Source: Octopus sinensis (taxonomy: Eukaryota). Taken from it: a DNA stretch of 64,000 nucleotides. Of this stretch, positions 37,481 through 50,545 are shown piece by piece; position 1 is the first letter of the stretch; each line of letters starts with the position of its first letter. The notes beneath the pieces are model-generated. The model was not told where the DNA came from, ran no database searches, and saw only the letters and a program-made list of their open reading frames with translations. Location: the NCBI RefSeq assembly GCF_006345805.1, contig NC_043022.1, positions 16,120,001 through 16,184,000 on the forward strand, in the 5' to 3' direction. The position numbers and the translations under genes were made by a program.

Positions 37481-38394
37481 ACAACCATTTCTAACAACAG
37501 ATAACTAAACAGTAAACAAACAAAACAAACATATCTTTAAACTCTGTCTCGAAATAACTACAAGTAGTAATCCATATTTAGTAAATACCATTATACTAAT
37601 TCAAAGCTTTATGAAAATACAATCTTGTTTCATTTCTTTTCTGGTTTGAGATTCTTTTACATCTATTTTTCCATACTAGCATAGAATAAATTTGTTTCTA
37701 CCTTTTCCTATTCTTGAAGATTTAGACATTTTCATCTTGCTAGAATGATTGTTTTTTTTTTTCTTTGCCTCTATTTTACTAACCACATAAACTGTGAAAG
37801 TACTTTGGTCAGTTAGACTAGCTGATAGAGTCAAAGCGGTCAGTTAGAGAAGCTAGGGTACTCTAATTGGTCATTTTGTCCAACTAGAACACTCTGGGTG
37901 GGCATTCAGATACATTAGAGTATTCTGGATGGGGAGCTAGACTAGCTAAAGTGATTAAAGTTATGTGGTTGCCCAGAGTGCACTGCACTGTAAAATTTGA
38001 ACCTGTAACCATGTGGTCAGTAAGTGTGCAACTTGACTTCACTAATATTGTACTTTATTTGTTAACTAGTATTAATAAGGAGGGGGGAAAAGAAACAAGA
38101 GTTGGAATTATGAAAGTGGTTAGAATAGCAAAATAAATATGAACTTTAATGGGCAGTTTTGTAAATCTCACAGCAACACGGAGAAAAATTGTTGGATGAT
38201 GATATTTAAAAACTATGATTTATTGGGTATTGACTTGATTACATATTGACTCTCAACTAGAGAATATTTTTTTCCACTTAAAAATGTGTACATTTTTGGA
38301 CATTATATGCCAATTACTGATGTTAATAGCTTTATTTTGAACGAGCTATGGAAGTGGACAGCAACAACAACAACAATGATTCTTTCTAATTTTG

Positions 38395-38692
38395 GTAAAA
38401 GGCTGGTGAATTTTAGTGGAGGAGGCAGATTGATTATATTGATTATACTTTATTTTATTCACCCCAAAAGGAAGGAAAGCAAAATTGACCTTAGTGGCAT
38501 TTGAACTCAGAGTGTAATGCCATCGAGCATTTTGTCTGGCTTCAGTAATAATAATAATAATTATTATTATAATAATAATATAATAATTATAATAATAATA
38601 ATAATTATAATAATAATATAATAATAATAATAATAATTATAATAATAATAATAATAATTATAATTATAATAATAATAATTATAATAATAATA

Positions 38693-38731
<39 letters not shown>

Positions 38732-38855
38732 GTTTCAAATTTTGGCACAAGGCCGGCGATTTTAGGACAAGAAGTAAGTTGATTACAGTGACCCCCCCAG
38801 TGCTCAACTGGTACTTATTTTATTGATCCTGAAAAGATGAAACGCAAAGTTGACT
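38395..38855 (-). mobile_element. Two partial family C SINEs separated by about 185 bp of (AAT)n
   Basis: C cores at 38395-38540 and 38731-38855; (AAT)n at 38546-38730. Confidence 0.8.
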
Positions 38856-38859
38856 TGGT

Positions 38860-39050
38860 TGTTGTTATTATACAAAAGCTGTTACATGATAATTTAACAA
38901 GTAGAGATGTTATTCCTAGATTTTACGACAACTACTGTTCCGAAATCTCAAATATTCTTCTTAGGATTCTAGCAGAATATAAGACGGCACCTTTTTGCGC
39001 ATTGACAATATTTGTCTCAATTCCAATATCCTTTCAATCACTTAGGTATC
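38860..39050 (-). pseudogene. RLE-type (R4/Dong-like) non-LTR retrotransposon C-terminus
   Basis: KDIGIETNIVNAQKGAVLYSARILRRIFEISEQ* matches the terminal LGI....LQK..LL..A.ILR..L motif; followed by a short TAA-type tail. Confidence 0.65.
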
Positions 39051-39179
39051 AGTTTTGACACTGTAGTGAGTGCACCAATTACTAGTGGTACAATTGCCAC
39101 CCTTGTTTTCTATAATCTCTTTATCATTCTGACAGGGTTCTGATGATTCTCAATTTTCACAGTTTCCTTGATATCTATG

Positions 39180-40120
39180 CAAACTCACAAAGGCTTTTAT
39201 CCTTCACTTGTTCTAGTCATTAGACTGTGACCATGCTGGGGCACTGCCTTGGAGAATTTCTAGTCAAATGAATTGACCCCAGTTCTTATTCTGTTAGTGT
39301 CTTTTTTGAACTGTTAGATTATGGAGACATAAACACACCAACACTGGTTGCCAAGTGGTGGCGGTGGTGGTGTTGGAGACAAACTCAGATACAAAGCCCC
39401 ACATGCATACATATAAACTGGCACTCCATCGGTTACTACAACAAGGGTTCTAGCTGATCAATCAACAGAACAACCTGCTCAGGAAATTAACATGAAAGTG
39501 GCTGAGTACTCCACAGACATGCATGCCTTTAATATAATTCTCAAAGAAATTCAGAATGTGACAAGGCTGGCCCCTTGAAGTATAGGTACTCCTCATTTTC
39601 ACCAGCTGAGTGAACTGGAACAATATGAAATAAAGCGTCCTGCTCAAAGACTCAACATACCACCAAGAATAGAACTCATGACCTTACAATTGTGTACTGT
39701 ATGCCCTAACCACTAAGCCATATACCTATTTCTTTACTACCCACAAGGGGCTAAACACAGAGAGGACAAAGGACAGACAAACGATTAAGTCGATTATATC
39801 GACCCCAGTGCGTAACTGGTACTTATTTAATCGACCCCGAAAGGATGAAAGGCAAAGTCGACCTCGGCGGAATTTGAACTCAGAATGGAGCGGCAGACGA
39901 AATACTGCTAAGCATTTCGCCCAGCATGCTAACGTTTCTGCCATATACCTTTACCACACACACAATGGTTTTTTTCAGTTTCCATCTACCAAATCCATTC
40001 ATAAGGCTTTGGTCGGCCAAAGCCATAGTAGAAGGCACTTGCCCAAGGTACCGTGCAGTGGAACTGAACCTAGAACCATACGATTGTGAAGCAAACCTCT
40101 TATCACACAGCCACATCTGT
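39180..40120 (-). mobile_element. Nested retroposon block: family A SINE split by a B-related SINE and a family C SINE
   Basis: A tail 39180-39415; B-related 39420-39720; C 39728-39940 flanked by GCCATATACCT (39717-39727 and 39940-39950); A head 39955-40120. Confidence 0.75.
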
Positions 40121-40693
40121 ACTTATGTTTATTGTTTATTTTAGTCCAGTTGCTTTTTTCTTTTGTCTCCTATAAATATTTTCCCTAAGGCTTTGTCCTT
40201 ACTTAAAGGACATATTGGTAATATGCTGAAGGACATATTGGTAATATGCTTATTTTGTAATTCCTTTTTTATATTTTTACCATTCTTGGAGCTCCAGTCA
40301 TAATGGATCCTAATAGAACTCTCACGCAGCTCTCTTCTTTCTACTTTTCCTTCTCGATCCTCCTATGTCAACTTCTTAATTTTCTATTGATTACTTGATT
40401 GATATGTTCCTGCCTCTAGAACATAATATATTAATAATGGTGTAGGTTTTAATTTTGCTGCCTTTTATGACAATATACAGATGAGTGGTTAAGAATTTCC
40501 TGTCAGTGTACACTGCAATGGCCAACAGTATTGTAACTGCTTCTGTCTTGAAATTATGTATTCTTACCATTTTTGTCTATGATAATACCTTTTATAATGT
40601 CAGTGAAGACACCAAACTTCCTGGCTGTAACTATGCATATATTCTGTTGTGCTCAATTCCCCCATTAAATGTTCCATCTAGCTGACATGTATC

Positions 40694-40729
<36 letters not shown>

Positions 40730-41404
40730 AATTTCACTTAGGCATAATGATACTTATAACCATTGTTAGAACTAAATATACTTCTGCTTTAGAGTAATGA
40801 ACTAGGTGTGTACAGAGTGTAATATAAATAATTGACAAAAGAGTAAGAATTACGTAATCAACTTCATTAGCTTACAGCTGTTTCTGCTATGTGAAGCAGT
40901 GTGCTCAGAGTTAAGTGCTTGTGCAACATTTTATGGCTTTGTCAGAGTCATTTAAATGAACTGTAAGTTTATATTGGAAAGCATTTAAATAGCTATAAGA
41001 TGTTGTACACATGCTTAGCCCTAAATGTTTTAAGAATGTCTGAAATAAGGGTAGAAAACAACCAATTCTGCTGATTCTTGTTCTAGCAGAATTATGTCGT
41101 AAGAGATCAGAGCAGCTTTGAGTCACTTTTGTCCAGCCAATGCATGGTTGAGAGATATTGCTAACTAATCTACTGATTGCTTACTCTGGCTGGTCTCTTC
41201 TGTATTTGTACCCATCATAGTACGCTCTCACCAGGAATTGGAAAACTTCTCTTGAAAATATCTGTTCATTCTTATTGTAGGAAGTGGAATTGTGGAACTT
41301 AGGAGTGTAGGAAACAAGTGATGAGTTTAAATAAGTTAAACTATTCAGAATCTTTGAAAAAAATTTCTCATTTTTCTATATACATCAGTGTTATAATTTC
41401 TCAG

Positions 41405-41950
41405 AAATGTGCTCAGCACTCAGTTTCCTGTATTCATAAAAGTATTCCTTATATACATAAAGGCATTCCATTTCCCCATAGGCATAAAGGCTCTTAGTTA
41501 CCCTGTATCCATAAACGTGCTCAATTTCTCCATATGCATAAAGGTGCTCAATTTCTCCATATGCATAAAAGTGTTCAGTTTTCATCACTTTCCTAAAGGT
41601 CATCTCTTTCTCTGTACATAAATCTGCTGTTTTCTCACATACACTCAAAATCCATGTTGTGCTCAGTTTTCCTATCCACATAATAGCATTCATTTTCTCT
41701 CATTTACATAAAAGGTACTCAGTTTCCTTGTGTACATAAATGTTCTCAGTTTTTCCATATGCATAAATGCACTCAGTTTCTTAGCATACATGAAAGTACT
41801 CAGATCTCCTATTTATATAAAGACGTTCAGTTTTCCATATATACAAATATGCTTTGTTCCCCGTATACATAAAGGTACTCAGCCCCTATATTCATAAAAG
41901 CGCTCAGTTTCCCATAAACACAAGGATACTCAGTTTCCCCATATACAAAA
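41405..41950. repeat. Degenerate 25-27-bp minisatellite, roughly 20 units
   Basis: Consensus approximately CTCAGTTTCCCCATATGCATAAAGGTR; two near-identical 27-mers at about 41520-41575. Confidence 0.85.
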
Positions 41951-43508
41951 ATATTTGAAAGCAATAATTTGTTTGAATTTATGTAATCTCTATGTTTATT
42001 TTTGAGCAGGTGCTTCAATAAAAAAAGGACATTATTTTCAGAGAGTATATAAAAGCTTTGAATAATAAGAGCAATGTTGAATAGGAAGAGATTTTCAACA
42101 TCTGATTTTGAAATGTTTCTTTTCAGTTTTTACTTCACTGCTTATTATTTTCTGTTGCAAGAGAGGATTATGTAATACATTTTTGTTCGTGTTTGATGGA
42201 GAAGAATCATCAGTCTGTAAGACTTGTCACTCTAAATTATTTATTTTCAATGGCTAGATATGAAGTGTGAATTGTGGAAAATATAATTCTCCCAACACAA
42301 ATGGATGATATAAATGCTGACAGACTACATGCATTCTTATTAGTTGAGCAGAGGATTAAATTTTGAAGCTATATTTTATAGTAATTTCATAACATAAAAA
42401 TCAAAGCTGAATGTCTTTGAAATTCTAAATAAAAACTACTTCTCATTGCTGTTATTTTTGGATACCTTTTAAAGCTAAAAGTGATTTTAAGATTTTAATA
42501 TTACATCTTTGACATTTATAATAACCATGTCAAATGCTTGTTCCCTGTTCCCTATTATTTCCAAGGAAACCTTTTTTTTTGTTAAATGTATTTATATTTA
42601 CCTTATTGATTAAAATCTTTTCTTAAACTGTTCACTTATAATCTCTTGCATAGATACTATTAAAGTCTTTCAACTCTATCTCCCTCCCCCCTACATACTA
42701 TAAATAATTGCATCATCATTGCTACTATTCAGATTGCCTCTTCCTGATACACTTTGGTAAATAACTTTGAACAATTCTTCAGCAAAAAAAAAAAACCCAA
42801 AAAACAAAACAATTTCATTCTGTGACTTCCTACTTCAACATAGTTTCTCAATAACAAAAAGCTACATTGAATTCAAAAACAATACTAATCTTTTATCTAA
42901 CTAAATGCTGTTGGTATTTGTGACTATTATCATTATTATAGTTTTGAAAACTATCTTAACTATAAATTCTGTTAACAAACTAAATACAGTGAAGGAATAA
43001 AGTAATTGCACTAAAGAAATAAAGTGTATAACAAAATGCTGTAAATATATTTTGTATCTTTGGAAGGTCATTACACCAATAAACACACACACTGGTTCAA
43101 TTTCACTTCTTTATTATTAGTCAATTGGTTAGTTATTTAAGCAACTAGTTTATGGCTTAAATAACTAACTTATTGACTAATAATGAATTGAAATTGAACC
43201 CATGCTTGTGTTTATTATTATTTTAAAGGCCTTTCCGAGATACAACAAAATGTGTTTCAATACATTAGTTCACATAAAAAATCTTGCAAATCAAATACAA
43301 AAATGAAATACTTTCAAATAAATTGTGATGTAGACAAATCTGCAGATATAGATGCTACTGGTTTGCTGTTGTGTTGAAACGATTAATAAGAGCTGACTAA
43401 TTTGACCATTTTTGACTTTATATTACCTATGTACATACAATTTTCCTTTCTGATTACAACTAAAGATAAAGCTGATACAGGCTGCTTTTATCTTTTATCA
43501 AAAATATC

Positions 43509-43549
<41 letters not shown>

Positions 43550-44049
43550 TAATAAAAATATATAAGATAGATTGAACAGTTGGCAATTTTTTTCTTTTTC
43601 CTTTAACATTTTCTACGATTGAGCTTCATTTAATACAACAGAATGTTATCAACAGTAATGCATTTGTTGCAAGTACTTTATTATTAATGTGTTTATATTT
43701 CATCCAGTTTTTGCCTGTTAAGTTTATCAAGAATTATATAAATTACCTACCCAGTCTGATGGAAATGTTTTAGATTATGTTTTCCCCAATGGTAGTTAAT
43801 ATTTCATTATATAAAATAAATTACCAAATTTTTATGAATTTGATAGAATTATTTTGTCAAGCTATTACTTTCCATTCAATTTATTACAAAACAAAAACAG
43901 CAGAAAATAAAAGGTATTTCATTAATATTTCATGTATAATTTATAACACGATCCCTTCCTTATGTTACTGAGGTCAGGCATATTTTGAGAAACTAATTAA
44001 GTTACAATTTTTATAAGCAGTTTCTTTATTTAGCAAATTAAATTTTTGA

Positions 44050-44051
44050 CA

Positions 44052-44088
<37 letters not shown>

Positions 44089-44127
44089 AATGTATACATA
44101 TACATATATATTGTCAAAAATTTAATT

Positions 44128-44160
<33 letters not shown>

Positions 44161-44180
44161 CACACTCATACACATACATA
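44050..44180. repeat. (TA)n microsatellite cluster
   Basis: Directly visible. Confidence 0.9.
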
Positions 44181-45010
44181 TATGATTATCTTTTATAATG
44201 GTTATACCAGTTTGTATTAAGATAGAATCAGTTAGCAACCAGTAGTTTTATCATTAATACTATGCAAGATTTAAACAATCAATGTAGTTTCCTAGCCACC
44301 AGACCATAATAAGCCGAAAAAGAAGCAGTATTGATCTTGCTGTCTGGCTTTACTATTACTCTATAAACCATAGATAGCTATAATTTACTTAATATTTTTC
44401 TGGGTACACCCATCTGAAAAATAGAAAACCACTTTAGCAAAGATTAATAAGAGGAAAAAATAAAAAAGACAAGAAAAAAAAAAGGAAAATCTTTCTGTAT
44501 GAAAGAAATTACAAGCTTTACATATTTTCCTTACTTTTGCTCAATTGCAGATTTATTATCATATTAGCTGTTTCTGCTTTGTTTTCATTTTATGAATTTG
44601 TGTGTCTTATAAATCAATACTTTGTTTTGACTGAGTGTTAACAGTTGCCATTATAGAGTAGAGGGGAAATCAAATCCTGGTTGCATAACAGTTAAAAGTT
44701 TATTGTATTCATCTACACTAGGTTTCTAATGTCTCTTAGTAAGATGATGCGGTTTATTGCCCGGTCAACCCTGGTTCAGGAGGCTTGCAATTAGAGGCAG
44801 TCCAGCCATGACCATCTCATCTTTTTAGGAGTATCTAGGATGATGTTACCTAAGTGTTCTTTCTATTTTTAAGAAGACGGTGTGATTTCAGAAAAATTTG
44901 GTTGCTGTTTCTAGCAGCTTGAGTGACTATATAGAGACTACCCCCATTGACTTTCAGATGTGGTAAAAATGTGTTTAAGCCAATGATTGGATTTAGTTTA
45001 ATAATAAAGA

Positions 45011-45865
45011 TTTCAAATTTTGGCCCAAGGCCGGCAATTTTGATTACAGTGATCCCAGTATTCAGCTGCTACTTACTTTATTGATCCCATGAGGATGAAA
45101 AGCAAAGTTAACCTCAGCAGAATTTGGACCTAGAACTTAAAAATGAGTGAAATGCAATGAGCATTTTGGCCAGTGTGCCAACGAATCTGTCAGCTTGCCA
45201 CCTTATTTAGCTTAATAATGGTTTTAAATTTTGACACAAGGCCAGCAATTTTAGAGAAGGGTGTAAATCAATTATATCAACCCCAGTGCTCAACTGGTAC
45301 TTATTTTATTGAGCCCAAAAGAATGAAAAGGTAAAGTTGGCCTTGGCAGAATTTGAACTCAGAACATAAAGACAGACGAAATGCCACTAAGCATTTTTGT
45401 CTGACGGGTTAATGATTCTGCCAGCTCACCAAGGCACTGCATGAAGAATTTTGAGTGGATGCTAGAGTTGATTACATTGACCCTAGAACTAGAATAATTC
45501 TTTGTTTCATCAACCCCAGAGGGATGAAAGGCAAAGTTGACCTTGGTGGGATTTTGAACTCAGAATGTGTAAAGAACCAGAACAAATTCTGCAAGGCATC
45601 TTCCCAATGCTTCAACAATACTACCGGCTCTAAAAATAACCATAATAATAATCCTTTCTATTATAGGCACGAGACCTGAAATTTTTGTGGGAAGGGATTA
45701 GTTGATTATGTCAACCCTAGTGCTTGACTTGTACTTATTTTATTGACCTTAAAAGGATGAAAAGTAAAGTTGATCTCGGCAAAATTTGAACTCAGAACGT
45801 AAGGTCAGATGAAAGCTACTAAGCATTTCACCTGGCATACTAATTATTCAGCCAGCTCACCACCT
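45011..45865 (-). mobile_element. Four tandem family C SINEs
   Basis: Cores at about 45011-45202, 45215-45430, 45460-45615 and 45645-45865, separated by (AAT)n tails. Confidence 0.8.
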
Positions 45866-45964
45866 TAACTATAATGATGATAATGAATACTTTTGTTAGA
45901 TACTGGGGCATATATGAGGGGGACATTACAAGGACAGTTAACAATTTGTGTGAGGGTTTATTTA

Positions 45965-46110
45965 AAAAAATAGTTGGCGTTAGGAAGGGCATGCAGCTGT
46001 AAAGACCATGCTAATTCAGACAGTGGAGTTTGGCACAGTCCTCTGTCTTACCGGCTCATAAAACTGTCCGATCCATGCCAGCATGGAAGATGGACATTAA
46101 ATAATGATGA
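45965..46110 (+). mobile_element. RTE 3' end
   Basis: GTTGGCGTTAGGAAGGGCAT ... CCATGCCAGCATGGAA ... ATGATG tail. Confidence 0.75.
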
Positions 46111-46491
46111 AGAGGAGAAAGAAATGGAAGAGACAGAGAAATGTAATGAAAGCATGCATAACATGAGATAACATGAATGATGTAATCCTCCTGATACACG
46201 AGAAAATCCATGTAGGACCAGAAACTGAAAGAGGCCAACTATATATATATACATACACGTGTGTGACTTTGTCTTTGTGTTTGTTCCCCTCCCCTGCTGC
46301 CTGACAACAGGTGTTGGTGTGTTTACATCCATGTAACTTAGTTGTTCAGTAAAAAAGACCAATATAATAGTCCCAGATTTAAAAAAAGAAGATAAGTACA
46401 GGGGTTGATTCTTTCATTTAAAAATTCTTCAAGGCAGTGCTGCAGCATGACCACAGTCTAATGACTGAAACAAGTAAAGGATGACAGATGT

Positions 46492-46523
<32 letters not shown>

Positions 46524-46785
46524 TGTGTCATTCTAACATCATTGTCAATAGCATAAATTCACTGGAAGTGCCTAACATGGTTGAATGACATGCATACCCA
46601 AATTAACCATTAAGTGAAATAAGTGGGTACTTAGGGCACCTAGGCAAGAGGTACCACAACTCTTTAACATTGCCAGGTCTATCATAGTACAAAAAGGATG
46701 CTTCTGAGTCAGGAGGCCCACAAAAATGGGGTTTACACTGTCAATAGCCAAAAGAATGCATTTACATAAACAACAATATTAATAA

Positions 46786-46787
<2 letters not shown>

Positions 46788-46834
<47 letters not shown>

Positions 46835-47160
46835 GTTTAGCGTCTGCTTTCCATGCTGGCATGGGTTGGACGGTTCAAGTGGGGTCTGGGAAGCCAGAAG
46901 GCTGCACCAGGCCCAGTTTGATCTGGCAATGTTTCTACGGCTGGATGCCCTTCCTAATGCCAACCACTCCGAGAGTGTAGTGGGTGCTTTTTACGTGCCA
47001 CCGGCACAGGTACCAGACAAGTCTGGCAAACGGCCACAATCGGATGATGCTTTTTATGTGCCACCAGCACAGGGGCCAGGCGAGGCTGGCAACGGCCATG
47101 AATGGATGGTGTTTTTTACGTGCCACTGGCACGGGGGCCAGGCGGGGCTGGCAACGGCCA
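46788..47160 (-). mobile_element. RTE 3' end with (ATG)n tail and three internal ~63-bp units
   Basis: (CAT)n at 46788-46833; TTTTACGTGCCAC-type unit occurs three times. Confidence 0.85.
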
Positions 47161-48023
47161 CATATTAATGATATATTTTAAACTTGGGAATACAGCAAAA
47201 TTGGAATCTGGCAATGCCTGCACAGACCAACTTCAATGGCTTATTCTGCCCAGATTCAGAGTTAAGCATTGATGTTGCTCTGCGTTTCAGTTGATCAAGA
47301 CCTTTACAAATAAAAATTTAAAAAAAGGTATCAATAAAGTTATAAGTAGGTCCCAACAAACTGAAGTATCTTTTGATCCCTGTATGTTGGGATGTTATGT
47401 ATTTTGAAGATTAGAGACTAATAGAATAAAACCCGTTTTTGTTTTGTACAAATAATGATATTCATTAGAAATTTTCTTTCAAAAATTGACCTGCATTGAT
47501 TTTTGTAGAAAGAATTGTTTTTCAATAAGTTTTTGTATCTGTACAATAATGCACTAATGTATCTATTCTCAACACATTCTGGCAGATTCACATGTGAATA
47601 TGCTGATAGCTATTGTATTTCATCATTAGAGAACAACTCTCTTTTGACAATGTGTGTTCATAATACATGCAATGTCTACCAGGGGGTGTTGAGAATCAAT
47701 ACCTCAAGAATTTGTATGCATATTTTCCCCCCTTTATAAACAATTTTCCTTTTTGGAAAACCAACTTTAAAAATGTGGTAATTTACATTTTTTTTCACAT
47801 TCATATTTCGCTTATCTTGTTTACTGCTAATTAATGTTAAATATATAATTTCTTCATCCATCCATTTTCATAGCCAACTTTCCCTGGGAATGTTGTTGGG
47901 GTAAAGTCCTCAGGTACCTCCTCCATAGCATTCTTGCAGAAAAAAAACCATTATTAAATTTTCCTGCTGGATTCCCAAACATTAACCAACCAAGACTATG
48001 AATATTATGCTCACGGTCTGTCC

Positions 48024-48112
48024 CTATGTTTCCTGTTTGTTGGTTTTGTTTGAGGAATCAGTTTTGTGATCCTTTCTGGCAGCATTCCAACCATTCCAAT
48101 TTAGTACTAGAG
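48024..48112 (-). CDS. Candidate terminal coding exon, unknown product
   Basis: Strong acceptor TTTCTTTTTTACAG; phase-1 frame LVLNWNGWNAARKDHKTDSSNKTNKQET*. No homology recognised. Confidence 0.25.
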
Positions 48113-49329
48113 CTGTAAAAAAGAAACTGATTGTATTTACTATAGTTGAGGGTGAGGACAAGAAGAAAACTAAATTTTTAATCTATTATGTCTTAATGTC
48201 TCGTCAGATGATGGAAGAATCAAGGGTTGTGGACCATCAGGGCTGTGCTTAGGGCAGTAGTTGAACATAATCCAGCCCTGAATGTAAGGACATCCTCTGT
48301 GTGGCTGAATCATGTGGTTGGAAAGTAAACTTTTTACCACACAGCCACACCTGCACCTATATTTTTATATTGTTATCTGTTAGCAAATACGTATATGTTG
48401 AAGGTCTGCAATAAAATTTATTTTTGAAAAAAAAAAAATGGCAATGTTAATTGGAAGAATTAAGACTGCTGATACAAGTGAAACAGAGAAAAACTGAAAA
48501 ATAAGTTTTTTCCTTAAAAATCAGAGCTCAACATTAGCAACTGAATTACTAATGTTTTTGACTGACAGGTTACAAGTGGTTGATGAAAGCTATCAAGATC
48601 AGTGATAAGAGAAATGATAGATAAATCTCTACTCTGTAGCTAACCTGTTATTATCTACAAGCTTAATGGCTGAAATGTATTTAATAATAGATGCTCCTTA
48701 TACAAAAAAAGGCTTACTGAATATTAGATGTAGGACACGAAGTGCAAAGTTAGCATAAAATAGACTTAATAGAAACGGACAACTTGCAAAAGTTTAAAAA
48801 GCACAACTGAACCATAATCTGATAAATATTATTCATTTTGTCTTATTTTTTCCTCAAGTTCTTATCATTTCATTTACTAATTCTTTCCTTTTGTTTTTTT
48901 ACTTTTTTTCATGATTGACAGACAATCTGATGACTTCACCCTGCCATGAATGGTTTCAGCTAGAAATAGCTTTCATTGGTTACACTCTTGTCACATGTCA
49001 GTGTGTGCAAGGCCACTCAATATAGCCAATTACTTAGCAGGACTTGCACATCTCATATTTGAAGTACTATGTGCAGAAGTAGTAGGTGTATGAGGGAGAA
49101 TTTCAGATATGTTATTAAGGAAAGCACCCAAGTCATTCAAACTTAAAGAGGAAAAAAGTTAGAGAGAATCTGTGAATGTATTTTTTTTTCTCTTTTATTG
49201 AGCAATATGTATGTATACTACATAGAGAGTCAGTATATAAGTACTAGCTATGGTGTCAATTATGTAGTTTTAGAAGTTCACTTTGTCCAATAATTTCAAT
49301 TCCTGTATGTGGTCCCTAACTTTGTTGCA

Positions 49330-49668
49330 GGCACAGGCATACCTGTTTGGTAAGAAGCTTGTTTTCCAACCACATGGTTCTGAGTTCAACCCTACTAAAT
49401 GCCACCTTTGGCAAGTGTCTTCTATCATAGCTTCAGGCTGACCAAAACCTTGTGAGTGGATTTGATAGAAGGAAACTGACAGAAGCCTGTTGTATATACA
49501 TCTATGTTTGTGTGCTTTTCTGTCTGTGTTAGTCTCCCACCATTGCTTGTCCACTGGTGTTGTTGTGTTTACATCCCTGTAACTTAGTGGTTTGGCAAAA
49601 GAGACTGATAAAATAACTACCAGGCTTTAAAAAAAAGTAGGTATTGGGGTCTATTCATTTGACTAAAA
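49330..49668 (+). mobile_element. Family A SINE
   Basis: Head and core present; tail truncated. Confidence 0.8.
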
Positions 49669-50304
49669 ACTTTGTAGATATAGTTAGAAAAACTCCACTT
49701 TTATTCTTCTATTTCTTCTTAGTATTGTCATCATCCAGCCGTTGTCCATTTTCGTACTTCATCTTTTAGTAGTTGTTTAGCCTCAAGCCACCTCTGATCG
49801 AGATGGTCTCTGTTTCATAAATAACCAGATGGACAACTAGAGCTGATTCACAAATCTATTCTTCTATACTCTGTGTTTAGGCCAGTGGGGAGCCACACTG
49901 TCCCCTTCATATGCACTGGTGTAGTGTATGGAGTTTGGTATGGCTGTTATGTAACGTATTTCTTTGTTTTTCTACTGCCAAAATTTTTTTATGTATGATG
50001 TGAGGCCCCCTACTCTGGATTTGCTAGTTCTATCTTATCAGGGTATAATCAGAAATTTGAGGTGGAAGAGCAATCTTGTACTGGAGTTGTAGTATTATAT
50101 AGTCTTAAAACGGAAGGAGTAATTGAGTAATAACATACAGAATGCTAGATAAAAAAATGAGATGGCTATGGCTAGAATCTCTAGTTGAATAATGTTTCAT
50201 CTATTTAATGATAAGTGGGAAACGTTTAATACAAAATTGCTTTTCTGTGATCTAAAGTAAAGGGTGGTGTGTATGAGTCAGGTCTGCAAAGTGGTAAACT
50301 TAAT

Positions 50305-50545
50305 CATCACCATCACCATTCAATGTCTGTTTTCCAGGCTGACATGGGTTGAGTGGGTTGACAGGAGCTGGTGAGCCAGAGAGCTGCACCAGGCTCCAAT
50401 TCTCTGTTTTGGCAAGGTTTCTATGGCAGGATGCCCTCCCTGATGCCAACCAATTTTCAGAGTGCCTTTTACTGGGTACTTTTTATGTGGCACCACCGTC
50501 AAGAGCGCTTTATATGTGGCACCAGTACAGATGCATTTCTATGTG
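50305..50545 (-). mobile_element. RTE 3' end
   Basis: GGATGCCCTCCCTGATGCCAACC motif and (CAY)n tail. Confidence 0.75.

Noticed and set aside
41405-41950. CRISPR-like appearance of the periodic repeats (also 60981-61270)
   Set aside because: Units are contiguous and degenerate with no unique spacers, no cas genes are present, and the context is eukaryotic.
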